This document shows positions 27,857-37,606 of a DNA stretch of 64,000 nt, piece by piece. The stretch lies in assembly GCA_964522395.1 (NCBI GenBank), contig CAZFVN010000007.1, positions 25 to 64,024 on the forward strand, written 5' to 3'. The number at the start of each line of letters is the position of its first letter. Position 1 is the first letter of the stretch. Made by a program: the position numbers and the translations under genes. This DNA comes from an uncultured Myxococcales bacterium. Lineage in GTDB: Bacteria > Myxococcota_A > UBA9042 > CAIXZC01. The notes beneath the pieces are model-generated. The model was not told the origin of the DNA, searched no databases, and worked only from the letters and a program-made list of their open reading frames with translations.

Positions 27857-29240
27857 ATTGTTCGCTCCCTTCCTGTTTATCATCTGGTCCCCCACCCGTA
27901 GAGACGCGGTTCCGGCCCTGATGCTTGGCCGCATAGAGCGCCTGGTCCGCCCGGGTGACGAGGTCCATCGGTTCTAACATGTCCGCGGTCAGTTCAGCTA
28001 CTCCGACGCTGACCGAAAGGCATCCCTCGGGCTGTTCCGCGCCAAATGGAAATTCGTGGTAGGCGACCTTTCGGCGCAGGGCCTCGGCAACCAGCGCAGC
28101 CTCCTCAAGTCCCGTGTCGAGAAAGAGGACTGCGAATTCCTCGCCGCCGTAACGACAGGTGATGTCGGTCTGTCGGACCCGCTGGAGGAATAGCTTGGCC
28201 AGTTCACGGAGGACTTTGTCCCCCTCTGGATGACCCTGAGTATCGTTGTAGTGCTTGAAATGGTCAACGTCGATCATGGCAAAGGCCAGGGGTCTGTCAC
28301 CGCGGCGGGCCAGTTCGAAGTAGAAGGGTAGCGCTTCTTTGAGATGGCGCACATTGGGCAGCCCGGTTAGGGAATCGGTTCGGGCCAATTGCTCTAGCTG
28401 CGTGTTGGCGGCACGGAGCTTGGCCATCGTGGCGACCAGCTCTTCGTTCGCCTTGCCAAGCTCGTCGGTGCGTTCCAGGACCAACTCCTGCAGATCGTGG
28501 GTATGCCGCTCCAGCTCAGCAGTCATGGCGTCGAAACTCTGCCCCAGACGTGCCACCTCGCTGCTACCCTTCATGTGGACTCGTGCGGCGAGGTCGCCGC
28601 CGCGCACCGTGTCGGCGACGGAGGATAGCCGTAGAACCGGTCTCAAGAAGAGACGCTCCGCCATGAAGTAGAGGAGCAGAGCTGTGAGGAGGGCGAAGAT
28701 GAGCATGACTTTCATGGAACGCCAGATGAAGGTCTTCAGAATCTCGGCCTCCCCGGAGAGGTCGAGCTCCGCCGTGAGGGTCCCCCACCGGATACCGGGG
28801 AGCCCCTCCACTGATGTGCTCAAGGGATAGGCCATCCGCATGACACGATGGTCACCTTCCCGCAGATATTGGACTGCCGGGGTGTCCCCTTCGCTGGCGA
28901 GAATCTCAAAGGGGTCAGAGAGCAGTTTGCCGTACATGCTCTTTTCAGTGTGTCCCATGACTCTTCGCTGACGGTCCAGCACAGCTACTGAACGCACTCC
29001 AGCGGTAGCTGCCATTCGGATGTGGAATTCGTCAACCACCCGATCGAGCTCTTCGATGCGATTTTGCGCCAGGGCGGAGACGCACGGGGCAGACAATGCA
29101 GCCATGAGCACACGGGCCCGATTCTCCACCTCATCCGTATAGATCGTACGCTCGTGGTCAGCCACGTAGAAGGCCATGAGCAGCATGGACAGCAGGACCA
29201 TGGCAACGCCCGCGGCAAGGACTCTGACGCGAATGCTCAT
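27849..29240 (-). CDS. Membrane diguanylate cyclase (TM-periplasmic sensor-TM-HAMP-GGDEF)
   Basis: Two TM helices, HAMP ([27 protein letters not shown]), [21 protein letters not shown]-site RQTD, RYGGEEF. Confidence 0.92.
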   Translation of the reverse strand: MSIRVRVLAAGVAMVLLSMLLMAFYVADHERTIYTDEVENRARVLMAALSAPCVSALAQNRIEELDRVVDEFHIRMAATAGVRSVAVLDRQRRVMGHTEKSMYGKLLSDPFEILASEGDTPAVQYLREGDHRVMRMAYPLSTSVEGLPGIRWGTLTAELDLSGEAEILKTFIWRSMKVMLIFALLTALLLYFMAERLFLRPVLRLSSVADTVRGGDLAARVHMKGSSEVARLGQSFDAMTAELERHTHDLQELVLERTDELGKANEELVATMAKLRAANTQLEQLARTDSLTGLPNVRHLKEALPFYFELARRGDRPLAFAMIDVDHFKHYNDTQGHPEGDKVLRELAKLFLQRVRQTDITCRYGGEEFAVLFLDTGLEEAALVAEALRRKVAYHEFPFGAEQPEGCLSVSVGVAELTADMLEPMDLVTRADQALYAAKHQGRNRVSTGGGPDDKQEGSEQYE

Positions 29241-30187
29241 AGGCCTGTCTCTGTCATCAGATCCAACTTCTCTCTGACCGGGTCATAGACCGCATCCCGA
29301 GTTGCAACCCAACCGCTGATCTCCAGGCCGCCGGTAAGCACCTTCCGGCCCTCCTCCGAGGCAGTGTTGAGATGTGCTAGAGCTTCCTTGATTGCCCCAG
29401 CTACTCCGGGAGGCAGGCCCGGACGGGCGACTATTGCATCATGGGGAATACGGCCCGTGACGGCCAGCACTCGCAGATTCCCCACATCCAGCTTCATAGC
29501 CCGGGCTGGCCGCATGAAGGAAGAAAATGTGGCTGTGGCATCGACCTTGCCATCAAGGAGTAGCTTGATCGCGTTGAGGTGATCTCCGGCAAAGACAATT
29601 TCGCCAAAGAAGTCCTCTGCTTTCTCGTTGCGTTCGAGGAGAAAAGCTCTAGGAAAGAGGTAGCCTGAGGCTGATCCTGGAGCAGTGAACGCGAAGCGTT
29701 TGCCGCGTAAGTCCTCTACGCCGCTAACCGGGCTGTCGGCCCGGGATACCAGGTATCCGGAGTAGCTGACAGACCCAAAGGAAACCTGGGTCAAAAGGAG
29801 TTGCATGCAAGGCATGCGCTTGCGTGCCTGTACGTAGGAGAGGGGCGAAAGAGAGGCGAGATCGACTTTCCCCTCAGCCAGGTCGTCAACCAGCCCTGTG
29901 TAGCTGGTGCCCGGGACCTCCTCAAAGAGATAGCCGGTGCGTTCGCTCAGGTAACCTAGAATTGGTTCGAAATTCTGCGAAAGTAGATCGGTGTCAAGGT
30001 ATGGTGTAACTCCAAATCTAATCACCGTGGGGACAACTTTGTCAGCCTCGCAGGAGGCTGGTCTAGAGCTCTCCTCGACCTTGCTCCTCCGGGCCTCGTC
30101 CAGCGGTCGTGGAGCTGTGGATTCTTGACCGCAGGCAGCGACCAGCAACAATGCCATCACCGCAATCACCCTGCCACCCGACGCCAT
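29237..30187 (-). CDS. PhnD/PtxB-family substrate-binding lipoprotein
   Basis: Lipobox LVAAC; IRFGVTPY, DLRGKRFAF..SASGYLFP, GDHLNAI..GKVDA, IPHDAIVAR; start 30187 preferred (ORF can extend to 30304 through the repeats); ATGA overlap with the cyclase. Confidence 0.82.
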   Translation of the reverse strand: MASGGRVIAVMALLLVAACGQESTAPRPLDEARRSKVEESSRPASCEADKVVPTVIRFGVTPYLDTDLLSQNFEPILGYLSERTGYLFEEVPGTSYTGLVDDLAEGKVDLASLSPLSYVQARKRMPCMQLLLTQVSFGSVSYSGYLVSRADSPVSGVEDLRGKRFAFTAPGSASGYLFPRAFLLERNEKAEDFFGEIVFAGDHLNAIKLLLDGKVDATATFSSFMRPARAMKLDVGNLRVLAVTGRIPHDAIVARPGLPPGVAGAIKEALAHLNTASEEGRKVLTGGLEISGWVATRDAVYDPVREKLDLMTETGL

Positions 30188-30270
30188 CCCCGCAATCCAT
30201 TGGTCACCGTACGTCATCCCGGCTATCCATTGGTCACGGTATGCTATCCCCGCGGTCCATTGGTCACATG
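30181..30270. repeat. Three tandem 30-bp repeats over the start of the PhnD-like gene
   Basis: Core TCCATTGGTCAC at 30196, 30226 and 30256 (period exactly 30); in frame encodes DQW(T/I)AG(I/M)xx. Confidence 0.9.
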
Positions 30271-30312
30271 ATCTTATGCTCGGAAAAGCCTGCCGTCCCA
30301 TCAAAAAACTCG

Positions 30313-31650
30313 CTAGGTGATCTTGGTGAAGCGTTCCCAGGTAAGAGGGCTCAACTGGCGCGCCGCTGCCGCGACGGCATCGGGAGCAATGGTAAGCACC
30401 TTGCCCTCGGCCATGAGGAAGCGACCGTTACACATGGTGTGAGTTACCCGTGATGGATGTACGCCAAAGAGAAAGTGCCCGTACCAGTTTTCAACTGAAA
30501 TTGGCGTGAAGGGATAGTGCTCGACAATGATCAGGTCCGCTGCCGCACCCTTCTCCAGGGAACCCAGTCTGGTCCCAAATTGCTCGGAGGCAAAGGCTGC
30601 GTTGTTACGGACGAGGAGATCCACCGCTTCGCCGAAACCCACCGTTGGGTCGCCCTTGACCTGCCGCTGAAGTAACATCGCGATACGAGCCTCTTCGATC
30701 ATGTTGGAGGTCATTCCGTCTGTGCCGAGCCCAACGCGAATCCCCTCTTCCAGCATGCCCAACACGTCTGCCGCTCCCACCGCATTATTCATGTTCGATT
30801 CCGGGTTGTGGGCGACGAACGTTCCGCTATCCTTGAGCAGCTTTCGCTCGGTTTCGTCCACGTGGATGCAATGGGCGAGGATCGTCTTGGGACCAAGCGC
30901 GCCGGCATCGTGGTAGCGCTGTATAACCCGCTTGCCGTACTTGTTCAGACTGTCTTCCTGGTCCGAGAGATCCTCAGCCGCATGGACGTGGATGCCGATG
31001 TCGGCTTCCTTTGCCATGGCGACCGACCGCTCCAGGGTGGGCTGGGAAACGGTCATGGAAGCGTGTAGTCCAAACATGCCACGCAGCATATTTCCAGTGC
31101 CATTAACCTGGGCTGCGAACTCAGCATTCTCTGCCAGTCCCGCCTCCAGAGATTCGGTGCCGTCCCGGTCACTTACTTCGTAGCAGAAGCTACTCCGGAC
31201 TCCAGCCGCTGAGGCCGCTTGAGCCAGCGTATTCAGGCTCCCCTTCACCGCCCAGGGCGAGGCGTGATGGTCGATGACGGTGGTGGTGCCAGAAATGATC
31301 GCCCGGTAATAGGGGACCATCGCGCTGTAGTAGACATCTTCCAGCGAAAGGGCGCGGTCGAGCTTCCACCAGAGCTTCTGCAAGATCTCCGGGAAGTTGA
31401 AGGCCGGCTCGCCGGCCAGTCCGCAGGCAAAGGTCGAATAGAGATGCATGTGCCCATTGACCATGCCGGGCATTACTACGCGACCGGCCGCATTAACCAC
31501 CGATGCCGCAGGGTACTTGTCCATCAGATCGGCAGTGGTGCCGACCTCGGCGATTGTGGTTCCATCGACGCAAACCGCGCCATCTTCGATGACGAAATCG
31601 GGAGTTCCGGGACTGACTACGGTGCCGTGAATTATCAACGTCTGACTCAT
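30313..31650 (-). CDS. ssnA: SsnA-like metal-dependent amidohydrolase
   Basis: PGMVNGHMHLYSTFACGL, GTTTVIDHHASP, CYEVSDRDG, FGLHASMT, HVHAAED, AHNPESNMNNAVG, GLGTDG. Confidence 0.8.
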   Translation of the reverse strand: MSQTLIIHGTVVSPGTPDFVIEDGAVCVDGTTIAEVGTTADLMDKYPAASVVNAAGRVVMPGMVNGHMHLYSTFACGLAGEPAFNFPEILQKLWWKLDRALSLEDVYYSAMVPYYRAIISGTTTVIDHHASPWAVKGSLNTLAQAASAAGVRSSFCYEVSDRDGTESLEAGLAENAEFAAQVNGTGNMLRGMFGLHASMTVSQPTLERSVAMAKEADIGIHVHAAEDLSDQEDSLNKYGKRVIQRYHDAGALGPKTILAHCIHVDETERKLLKDSGTFVAHNPESNMNNAVGAADVLGMLEEGIRVGLGTDGMTSNMIEEARIAMLLQRQVKGDPTVGFGEAVDLLVRNNAAFASEQFGTRLGSLEKGAAADLIIVEHYPFTPISVENWYGHFLFGVHPSRVTHTMCNGRFLMAEGKVLTIAPDAVAAAARQLSPLTWERFTKIT

Positions 31651-31698
31651 AGGGTACGTCTCCTCATTGGGTTGATTGGTTGGGTGATGGACGGAATT

Positions 31699-34011
31699 CT
31701 AGGAACCCTGGCCGAACTTCCCTTCTCCGCTGGACTTCGGGCTGTCAACACCTGTAGGTTCCTTGATCTCTTCTTCTATCTCTTCTTTCTTGTCTTCCAT
31801 TTGGGCTTCTTCCATGGCGTCGCGATAGGCCTTCTCTTCGGCCTTCATCAAGGTCTGACTACGCACCTCTTGCATCTTACGGTCCAGCTCCCACGCCTTG
31901 TCTTCCAGTCCCCAGACATCCTTGCGGCGACCTGAATGCAGTTCATCAATGGCAATCCCGTCTTGAATGAGGTGCTCTACTAGCGCCGCGACGCTTTCAT
32001 CTCCGATATAATGCCCGCCGTAGCCGTAGAAGTTCTCCCCCTCTTTCACACCGACCATGGCGGTAACCCCAATGCGGGACATCATCTGGCCGATTCGCTT
32101 GTTGGTCTCGGTCTCAATCTCCTGACGTCTCTTCTTTGCTTTGGCCCGAAGCTCCGTCTGCTCCGCCTTCAGCTTCTTGTACTCGTCACTGAAGGGTACT
32201 TTCGACGGCTCAGCCGGCTGAGTTACGGCCCAGTCAGCAGAGGAGCGGCCAATTCCCACGAAGAAAGCTGCAAAGGAACCGAAGTCCATGGCCGCAATGC
32301 CCGTGCTCTCTTCCAAACTCAAAAGAGCCACCAGCTCCTCGTTGTCCAGTTCGTCAACGAAGCTGCGACGGGTCTTACTCTTGAATGCCGCGACAAACTC
32401 GGGATCGGTAGTGGCCACGAGGTAGCCGTCCGTGATTGTCAAAGAGAGCGTGCGCCACTCCGGTACCGGCACGTCCCACGAGTTGACACCGGTGGATTTA
32501 ACGAAGGGTTTCACCATCTCAAGGGCGAAGATCTTTTCTAACGAGGTGGCTGTCTTGTCCACATCCGCCAAGCCCAGCAAGAGGGTGCCACCGATAAGCT
32601 TGAAGCCCTCTAGTTCACCCGTCAGGATTTCCTGGAGATCGCCAAAGACCGTGAAGCCGATATCGCCGGAGAAGATCGCCAGAATATCTTCCTGCAGGTC
32701 GAGCCCGGTGAACTTCTTGAACTCTTTGCCAGCCTCTGCAATGGACATTCCTTCAGGAGCCAGCATCAGGTCGATAAGTTCCAGGTAGCCTTTCAAATCG
32801 ATGTTCAAGTGAGCGAGGTAGAAGGGGCGATATGGCGAATACTCGATAATGGGAGATGGGCCCTTCACCGGGCGTGCGAGCGTACCCCAGCGCGATTCGG
32901 CTCCAATCTGGGTGTAGCTCTTGAAACGGAGGCTCTTTTCAGCCAACTCGACGCCCATGGCAACGGTGCCCGTACCTGTGAGGAGCGACTCAAACATCTC
33001 CTTCTCAGCGGCCTGTCGTTTGCGCTCCCTCTCGGCCCATTCGCGGTCTGACTTGACCCGCGACTCCAAATACTCGACTTCACTTTCGTCGCCAGCTTCG
33101 CGGGCCCGCTTGAGCTGCCCCTCGGAGTCTGCCAGGGACTCTTCGGCCCAGCGATTACCCATTCCCAGCACAGACTTCAGCATTGCCGGAGTGTCAATAT
33201 AGACTGCCGCATCCTTGCCAAAAGCCAACTCCTTGAGCGTATTCTTGAAGAGTTCGTTTTCGGCGAGAGAGGGGCCTTCCGTGTCCCGGGCGGCAAACTT
33301 GAGTGCCAACGCGAGCGCCTCTTCATCGGCCATGTCCGCAAAATGCACAAATGCCAGCTTGTCTTTGATAATGAAGCAGACCTCTTCGTCGTTCCTGGGG
33401 CAAATGACCGTGGCCCCTCCAGCTACGTGGGGCTCCATCTTCTCGCGCACCCTCCCGGCGATCGAGTAAATGGTAGTCTTGAATCTGTCAGCATCGGTCA
33501 GGGACCAGAAGGCGACGCCCACGGGACGCTGGAACTGGAGCATGGCAAATCCGGCAGTGCCGGTCGGGTCGATCCCGACGTTGGTTAGGTTCTTGGGTAC
33601 GAGCACGTTTTCACCCACAGCCTGGGTGACCTCTGCAACGGCCATCTCGTAATACTGAGCGAAGGTCTTGGTCAGTCGCTCCCGACCAAGCCTGTCCAGC
33701 AAATCCTGAGGGTTTGCTGCGACCACGAGCATGGGGGTTTCAACCGGCAGATACCTGAGCGCTTCCAGGTCATCCAGCGCGGTTGGCCCCTCGGGGAAAG
33801 CTCGGGTGAGGGGGTCTTCTTCCTGGGCCACCGGAGCCGCCGTCGGGACCTCTTCGGCAGGTGAGGTCTTCTCCCCCGGTGATGGAGCCGCCTCCTTCTG
33901 CTTCGCCAACTCTTCCTTGGATTTAGGTTCAGGGCGTTGGCACTGTACCAGGCCAGACAGGGTGAGAGACAAGACAAGAAGCTGCACGAGGTAGGTCGCT
34001 TGCCGGGTCAT
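31699..34011 (-). CDS. Large exported/lipoprotein of unknown function (DUF3352-like, with coiled-coil inserts)
   Basis: Start moved to ATG 34011 (GGAGG RBS; listed start lies inside the promoter); signal ending ..GLVQC; GIDPTG, FSGDIGFTV, LVATTD motifs; charged coiled coils. Confidence 0.6.
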   Translation of the reverse strand: MTRQATYLVQLLVLSLTLSGLVQCQRPEPKSKEELAKQKEAAPSPGEKTSPAEEVPTAAPVAQEEDPLTRAFPEGPTALDDLEALRYLPVETPMLVVAANPQDLLDRLGRERLTKTFAQYYEMAVAEVTQAVGENVLVPKNLTNVGIDPTGTAGFAMLQFQRPVGVAFWSLTDADRFKTTIYSIAGRVREKMEPHVAGGATVICPRNDEEVCFIIKDKLAFVHFADMADEEALALALKFAARDTEGPSLAENELFKNTLKELAFGKDAAVYIDTPAMLKSVLGMGNRWAEESLADSEGQLKRAREAGDESEVEYLESRVKSDREWAERERKRQAAEKEMFESLLTGTGTVAMGVELAEKSLRFKSYTQIGAESRWGTLARPVKGPSPIIEYSPYRPFYLAHLNIDLKGYLELIDLMLAPEGMSIAEAGKEFKKFTGLDLQEDILAIFSGDIGFTVFGDLQEILTGELEGFKLIGGTLLLGLADVDKTATSLEKIFALEMVKPFVKSTGVNSWDVPVPEWRTLSLTITDGYLVATTDPEFVAAFKSKTRRSFVDELDNEELVALLSLEESTGIAAMDFGSFAAFFVGIGRSSADWAVTQPAEPSKVPFSDEYKKLKAEQTELRAKAKKRRQEIETETNKRIGQMMSRIGVTAMVGVKEGENFYGYGGHYIGDESVAALVEHLIQDGIAIDELHSGRRKDVWGLEDKAWELDRKMQEVRSQTLMKAEEKAYRDAMEEAQMEDKKEEIEEEIKEPTGVDSPKSSGEGKFGQGS

Positions 34012-34045
34012 GGTTGCCTCCATGGTCATTTGAACGGCTCGCCAC

Positions 34046-34075
34046 AGTCTAGTGGCTCGCGTGCGCACGTGTCAA
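34046..34075 (-). promoter_or_regulatory. sigma70-type promoter for the lipoprotein-ssnA-phnD-dgc-mcm-mla gene run
   Basis: Minus strand TTGACA(34075-70)-18 bp-TAGACT(34051-46). Confidence 0.55.
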
Positions 34076-34100
34076 TGCCCACTACGTCGCATCTGTACGT

Positions 34101-35243
34101 TTAGCGCGAGGGGAGATCTTCGGTGGTTTCGATGAAGTGTACGTTGCGGTCGGCGAGCCCCTTCATTACCAGCTCAAAAAGCGGCGTGACAGCACCGATG
34201 TTCTCGGGGGGGATGATGCCTTGAAGGGTCACTTCTTTGCGGGCCAACAGGCGCGCCATGATGGCGGCCGGGAACCCCGTTGTACGGGCCATGGACGACA
34301 TTCCACTGGCCGCATCATATTCGTCATAAAGGTCCCAGGTGAACCGTCGTCCCATCCCGCCAACGACGCCTTCCACCAGGACTTGCATGACCGTCAATTC
34401 CGGTTCATCGTCCGCCAGCTTCCAGGCATCAAAAAGAAGGGCGGCGGTGACGTCAAAGGGAACGATGTCCTGCCCCTTGATGTGGCGTTTCTCGGTGCTG
34501 AGGAAGCCGGAATCACGGAGCAACTTGATCTTCTCCGCGTATCCCGGATAGCGCAGCGTACGTTCTCGCATGAAAGGAGCATCGACTGTCTGGATGAGGG
34601 TTCTCAGCCCATCCGTGTTGAAGGCCTCCAAAGTGCCCACGATCGGTAACTCGATTTCCTCAATCTCGGAGAGCGCTCGCTTCTCTACGATCTGTCCATA
34701 CTCTACCAGGCGGGCCGGCCGGGTGTACTCCTCGAGGACATCAACGGGCGAAAAAGGTGCGGTGTATTCCCAGGGCAGGCTGCGCCGTCGAGGCAATCCG
34801 CCCACGACGATTTCACATCGGGTCACTTCTTCCAGCAGGGCGGCAGCTCGACCGACCAGTACATTTGACATTCCAGGTGCTACTCCGAAGTCAACTACCG
34901 CGGGTACGCCCCGTTCCCGGGCGAGGTCGTTGAGTCCAAAGAAATCTTCCGGCATGAACGCGATGTCCACTACCGGAATGGAGGCATCGATGACGCTTCT
35001 CAGCGTTTCGTAGCCAAGGAAGCCAGGGACCGCGTTGACTACTACCGACGAGTTGGCAATGGCCCGACGTAACGCGTCGCGGTCGGTGACGTCCAACTCT
35101 GCAGTGGCGATTCCATACTGTGCCACCCGCGCCAATGAGGTCGCGCTCCGGTCGTAGGAGTGGACTTCCAGCTCTTCGTCTTGCGCCAGGTCTCGAGCAA
35201 TTGCGCCGCCCACCATACCGGCACCCAGAACAGAGATCTTCAT
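34101..35243 (-). CDS. Saccharopine dehydrogenase / lysine 6-dehydrogenase family protein
   Basis: VLGAGMVG Rossmann motif, NAVPGFLG, DFGVAPGMSN, FSPVDVLEEYTRPAR, LEAFNTDGLRTL, TLRYPG, MARTTGFPAA. Confidence 0.85.
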   Translation of the reverse strand: MKISVLGAGMVGGAIARDLAQDEELEVHSYDRSATSLARVAQYGIATAELDVTDRDALRRAIANSSVVVNAVPGFLGYETLRSVIDASIPVVDIAFMPEDFFGLNDLARERGVPAVVDFGVAPGMSNVLVGRAAALLEEVTRCEIVVGGLPRRRSLPWEYTAPFSPVDVLEEYTRPARLVEYGQIVEKRALSEIEEIELPIVGTLEAFNTDGLRTLIQTVDAPFMRERTLRYPGYAEKIKLLRDSGFLSTEKRHIKGQDIVPFDVTAALLFDAWKLADDEPELTVMQVLVEGVVGGMGRRFTWDLYDEYDAASGMSSMARTTGFPAAIMARLLARKEVTLQGIIPPENIGAVTPLFELVMKGLADRNVHFIETTEDLPSR

Positions 35244-35284
35244 GGGCTATCTCCTTCCCCAGGGGGTCAAGAACGCCATTTATC

Positions 35285-37606
35285 TCACTTTCGCTGGGAA
35301 TAGTAAACCGACAACCAGACCGTGCTCCAGAGTTGTGCTGGATTGGATTGCGTGGCGTGGCTAGAACGGCTCCCAAAAGCCACCGGATCGAGGCGGCCGT
35401 CCCGTACCTCCCAACTCCAGAGTTCTGCCGCGGCCAGCGCCGGAATGCGACTTCGTAGCTTCTCCAGCAGAGTCTCCAGGCGGGCCAGCTCCTCACACGC
35501 ATCGCCACACTCACCGGCGAGCTCCTGGAGGTAGGCTTGTTGTCGGCGCAGTCCCAACTCAAGCATGCCCACAACCCAACCCCAGACAACGGAACCGTGG
35601 TATCGGTCGGGGCCAAACATGGCCAACCAGTCGGGCTCGCCTCCTGCCACCGGATTGGCCACCACCGGCCCCACTTCGGTCCAGAGACCAAGGGGGTAGG
35701 GGTAGACGAAGGCTTTCAACACCGCCTCTAGCTGGTCCACGGGGAGCGGGTTGTCGAAGAGCGCCAGCACGCCGTCGCTGTGCAAGACCGGGAGCGGTTG
35801 TCCCTTTTCATCCAGGGCCAGGGCGATCTGGGGCAGCCCCTCGGCCAGATCTGCCGGATAGCAATGACCCCGAGCAAAGGTGGCGAGATTACACCCCGGT
35901 TCGACCTCCAGATTTGCGAAGTAGGTTCTGGTAACAGCATCGGCCTTGCCCAGGAATTCCTTCACCGAACTGCGCAAGTGGGGCAGGGGCCGGACCACGC
36001 GATACCTGGCTGTTACTTGCTCGTAACGACGGAGCAATGAGTCGAGCCAGTCGGGGTCCATGGTCGCCCGATAGAGCGAGGGATAGGGACCGGTTTCGAG
36101 GAGTGCGTGAAGGCCCGCCTTACTGGTCAGGGGCTGACTCAGAACTTCGCCGACGGCGACCAGCGCGGCGGGTGCCAGGTAGGCGTTGACATCCCCGGGG
36201 TAGCGACCCTTGGCAAGACCCTCAAGGGAGTCGCGCCAATTACCTACACTTACTCCTTGCGCCAGGGGGATTCCATTGGGCAGCAGATCTTCTGCGGAAC
36301 CCATCATCAGAACATATTCAAAGTTCTGCGCCAGACAGGCCAGCCGCTCACCCTTGGCCCCGGCAATGAGTCGCTGTCGGGCCTCGTCGTCGAGGCCTGG
36401 AGCGGGTGCTACCAGCAGGTCGCGCACCAGGGGGGCCAACAGGAAGTCATCATCGACCATGGTGTAGTCCATAACTGGCTTGTGGTGGTTGCGCAGGGCC
36501 TCCAAGGCCGGGTCAATTCGGCCCTCGCCCATAAGCTTCGCAAAGCGCTGGAGATGTTGCAGCGTAGCCTCGTTGCCAATGGCCTCCTCGTGTGCCACGC
36601 GTCCCTCTGGAGAGAGGCGTCGGCAGACCGACTCCAGCGCCGCGTCGATCAGTCCTTCAGCGGCCACCGGGAGAAGCATTCGGGTGGTGAGCAGGGTGTC
36701 TCGGCCGAAGTAGGTCAGGAAACGATGGCTCCCCGCCAGTAGCTTGTCCCCGTAGGAAAGGAAGGAGAGGCTCTTGTGGGCTCGCTCCAACAGCGCCACG
36801 GCTTCCTGCCCCGTGCCGGCTGCTGCCGGGGAGTTCAGGAAGGAGCGGGCGTCCGCATGTAGCAGGTTATCGTCGCTTAGAGGGGAAAGGGGCTGGTGCG
36901 GACTGTACGCCTCCACCGTCAGAGTCAATTCCCCGCTTTGCGGGCAACTGAGCCGCAATTGGCGACCGCCCAGCGTCTGGCAGGTGGTGGGCAACGACAA
37001 AGCGAGCCGATACTCCTTTTCGCCGAGGTACTCCTGGCGCGCCAGGGTGAGCACTCGGCGGTCGCCCATGTTTCCGGCGCGCCAGTTGCTGGTCAGGGTA
37101 TCTCGCGGTTGGGTCACGAAGACACCGTCACTTTCAAGACCTGTCCGTTGGCCCTCGGTGAGCTTCCCGGCGGCCTCTTCAAACGCCGCGACAGCATCTT
37201 CTTCATGGGCAAGATTACCGTTGGCAATGAAGCGGCGGATCTCCCGTAAAGACCCTTGCACCACCCGTTCTACCGTGGCCTGGTTCCCGACGAAGGAGAC
37301 GTCAACTGCGACTTGCGACCCGTTCCCCGACCGTCCCGCATGAAGACTCTTCAAACGCAGCGATCGGACGGCCGGGGTCTCCTTCGAGAATTCGACCAGC
37401 GCACCAGAGTTGCCGCCCGGGAAAGCGAAGAGGAGGCGTGGGGGGCCCTGCTTGAAACGAATGACGTGCGCAGTATGTCCTCGTTCGCGCACCAGGAAAT
37501 GGTCGGCCACCGCATCGGTGACTACAAATGACTCCGGGGCAGCAGTCGCTGCCAGCGGCAAAGTTAGGCTGGCGAGGAGCACCAGGGTGAGGGTCCGGAC
37601 CATCAT
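35285..37606 (-). CDS. Exported (alpha/alpha)6-barrel glycoside hydrolase-like protein (glycogen-debranching C-terminal-like)
   Basis: Signal peptide; FLSYGDKLLAGSHRFLTYFGRDTL, HEEAIG, DYTMVDDDFLL, GNWRDS..GRYPGDVN, YHGSVVW. Confidence 0.65.
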   Translation of the reverse strand: MMVRTLTLVLLASLTLPLAATAAPESFVVTDAVADHFLVRERGHTAHVIRFKQGPPRLLFAFPGGNSGALVEFSKETPAVRSLRLKSLHAGRSGNGSQVAVDVSFVGNQATVERVVQGSLREIRRFIANGNLAHEEDAVAAFEEAAGKLTEGQRTGLESDGVFVTQPRDTLTSNWRAGNMGDRRVLTLARQEYLGEKEYRLALSLPTTCQTLGGRQLRLSCPQSGELTLTVEAYSPHQPLSPLSDDNLLHADARSFLNSPAAAGTGQEAVALLERAHKSLSFLSYGDKLLAGSHRFLTYFGRDTLLTTRMLLPVAAEGLIDAALESVCRRLSPEGRVAHEEAIGNEATLQHLQRFAKLMGEGRIDPALEALRNHHKPVMDYTMVDDDFLLAPLVRDLLVAPAPGLDDEARQRLIAGAKGERLACLAQNFEYVLMMGSAEDLLPNGIPLAQGVSVGNWRDSLEGLAKGRYPGDVNAYLAPAALVAVGEVLSQPLTSKAGLHALLETGPYPSLYRATMDPDWLDSLLRRYEQVTARYRVVRPLPHLRSSVKEFLGKADAVTRTYFANLEVEPGCNLATFARGHCYPADLAEGLPQIALALDEKGQPLPVLHSDGVLALFDNPLPVDQLEAVLKAFVYPYPLGLWTEVGPVVANPVAGGEPDWLAMFGPDRYHGSVVWGWVVGMLELGLRRQQAYLQELAGECGDACEELARLETLLEKLRSRIPALAAAELWSWEVRDGRLDPVAFGSRSSHATQSNPAQLWSTVWLSVYYSQRK

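Noticed and set aside
30313-31650. Selenium system or selenoproteins suggested by ssnA
   Set aside because: No selD, xdh or yqeB/C genes, and I saw no in-frame TGA at a catalytic Cys position (TlpA, DJ-1 and Asd all have Cys)
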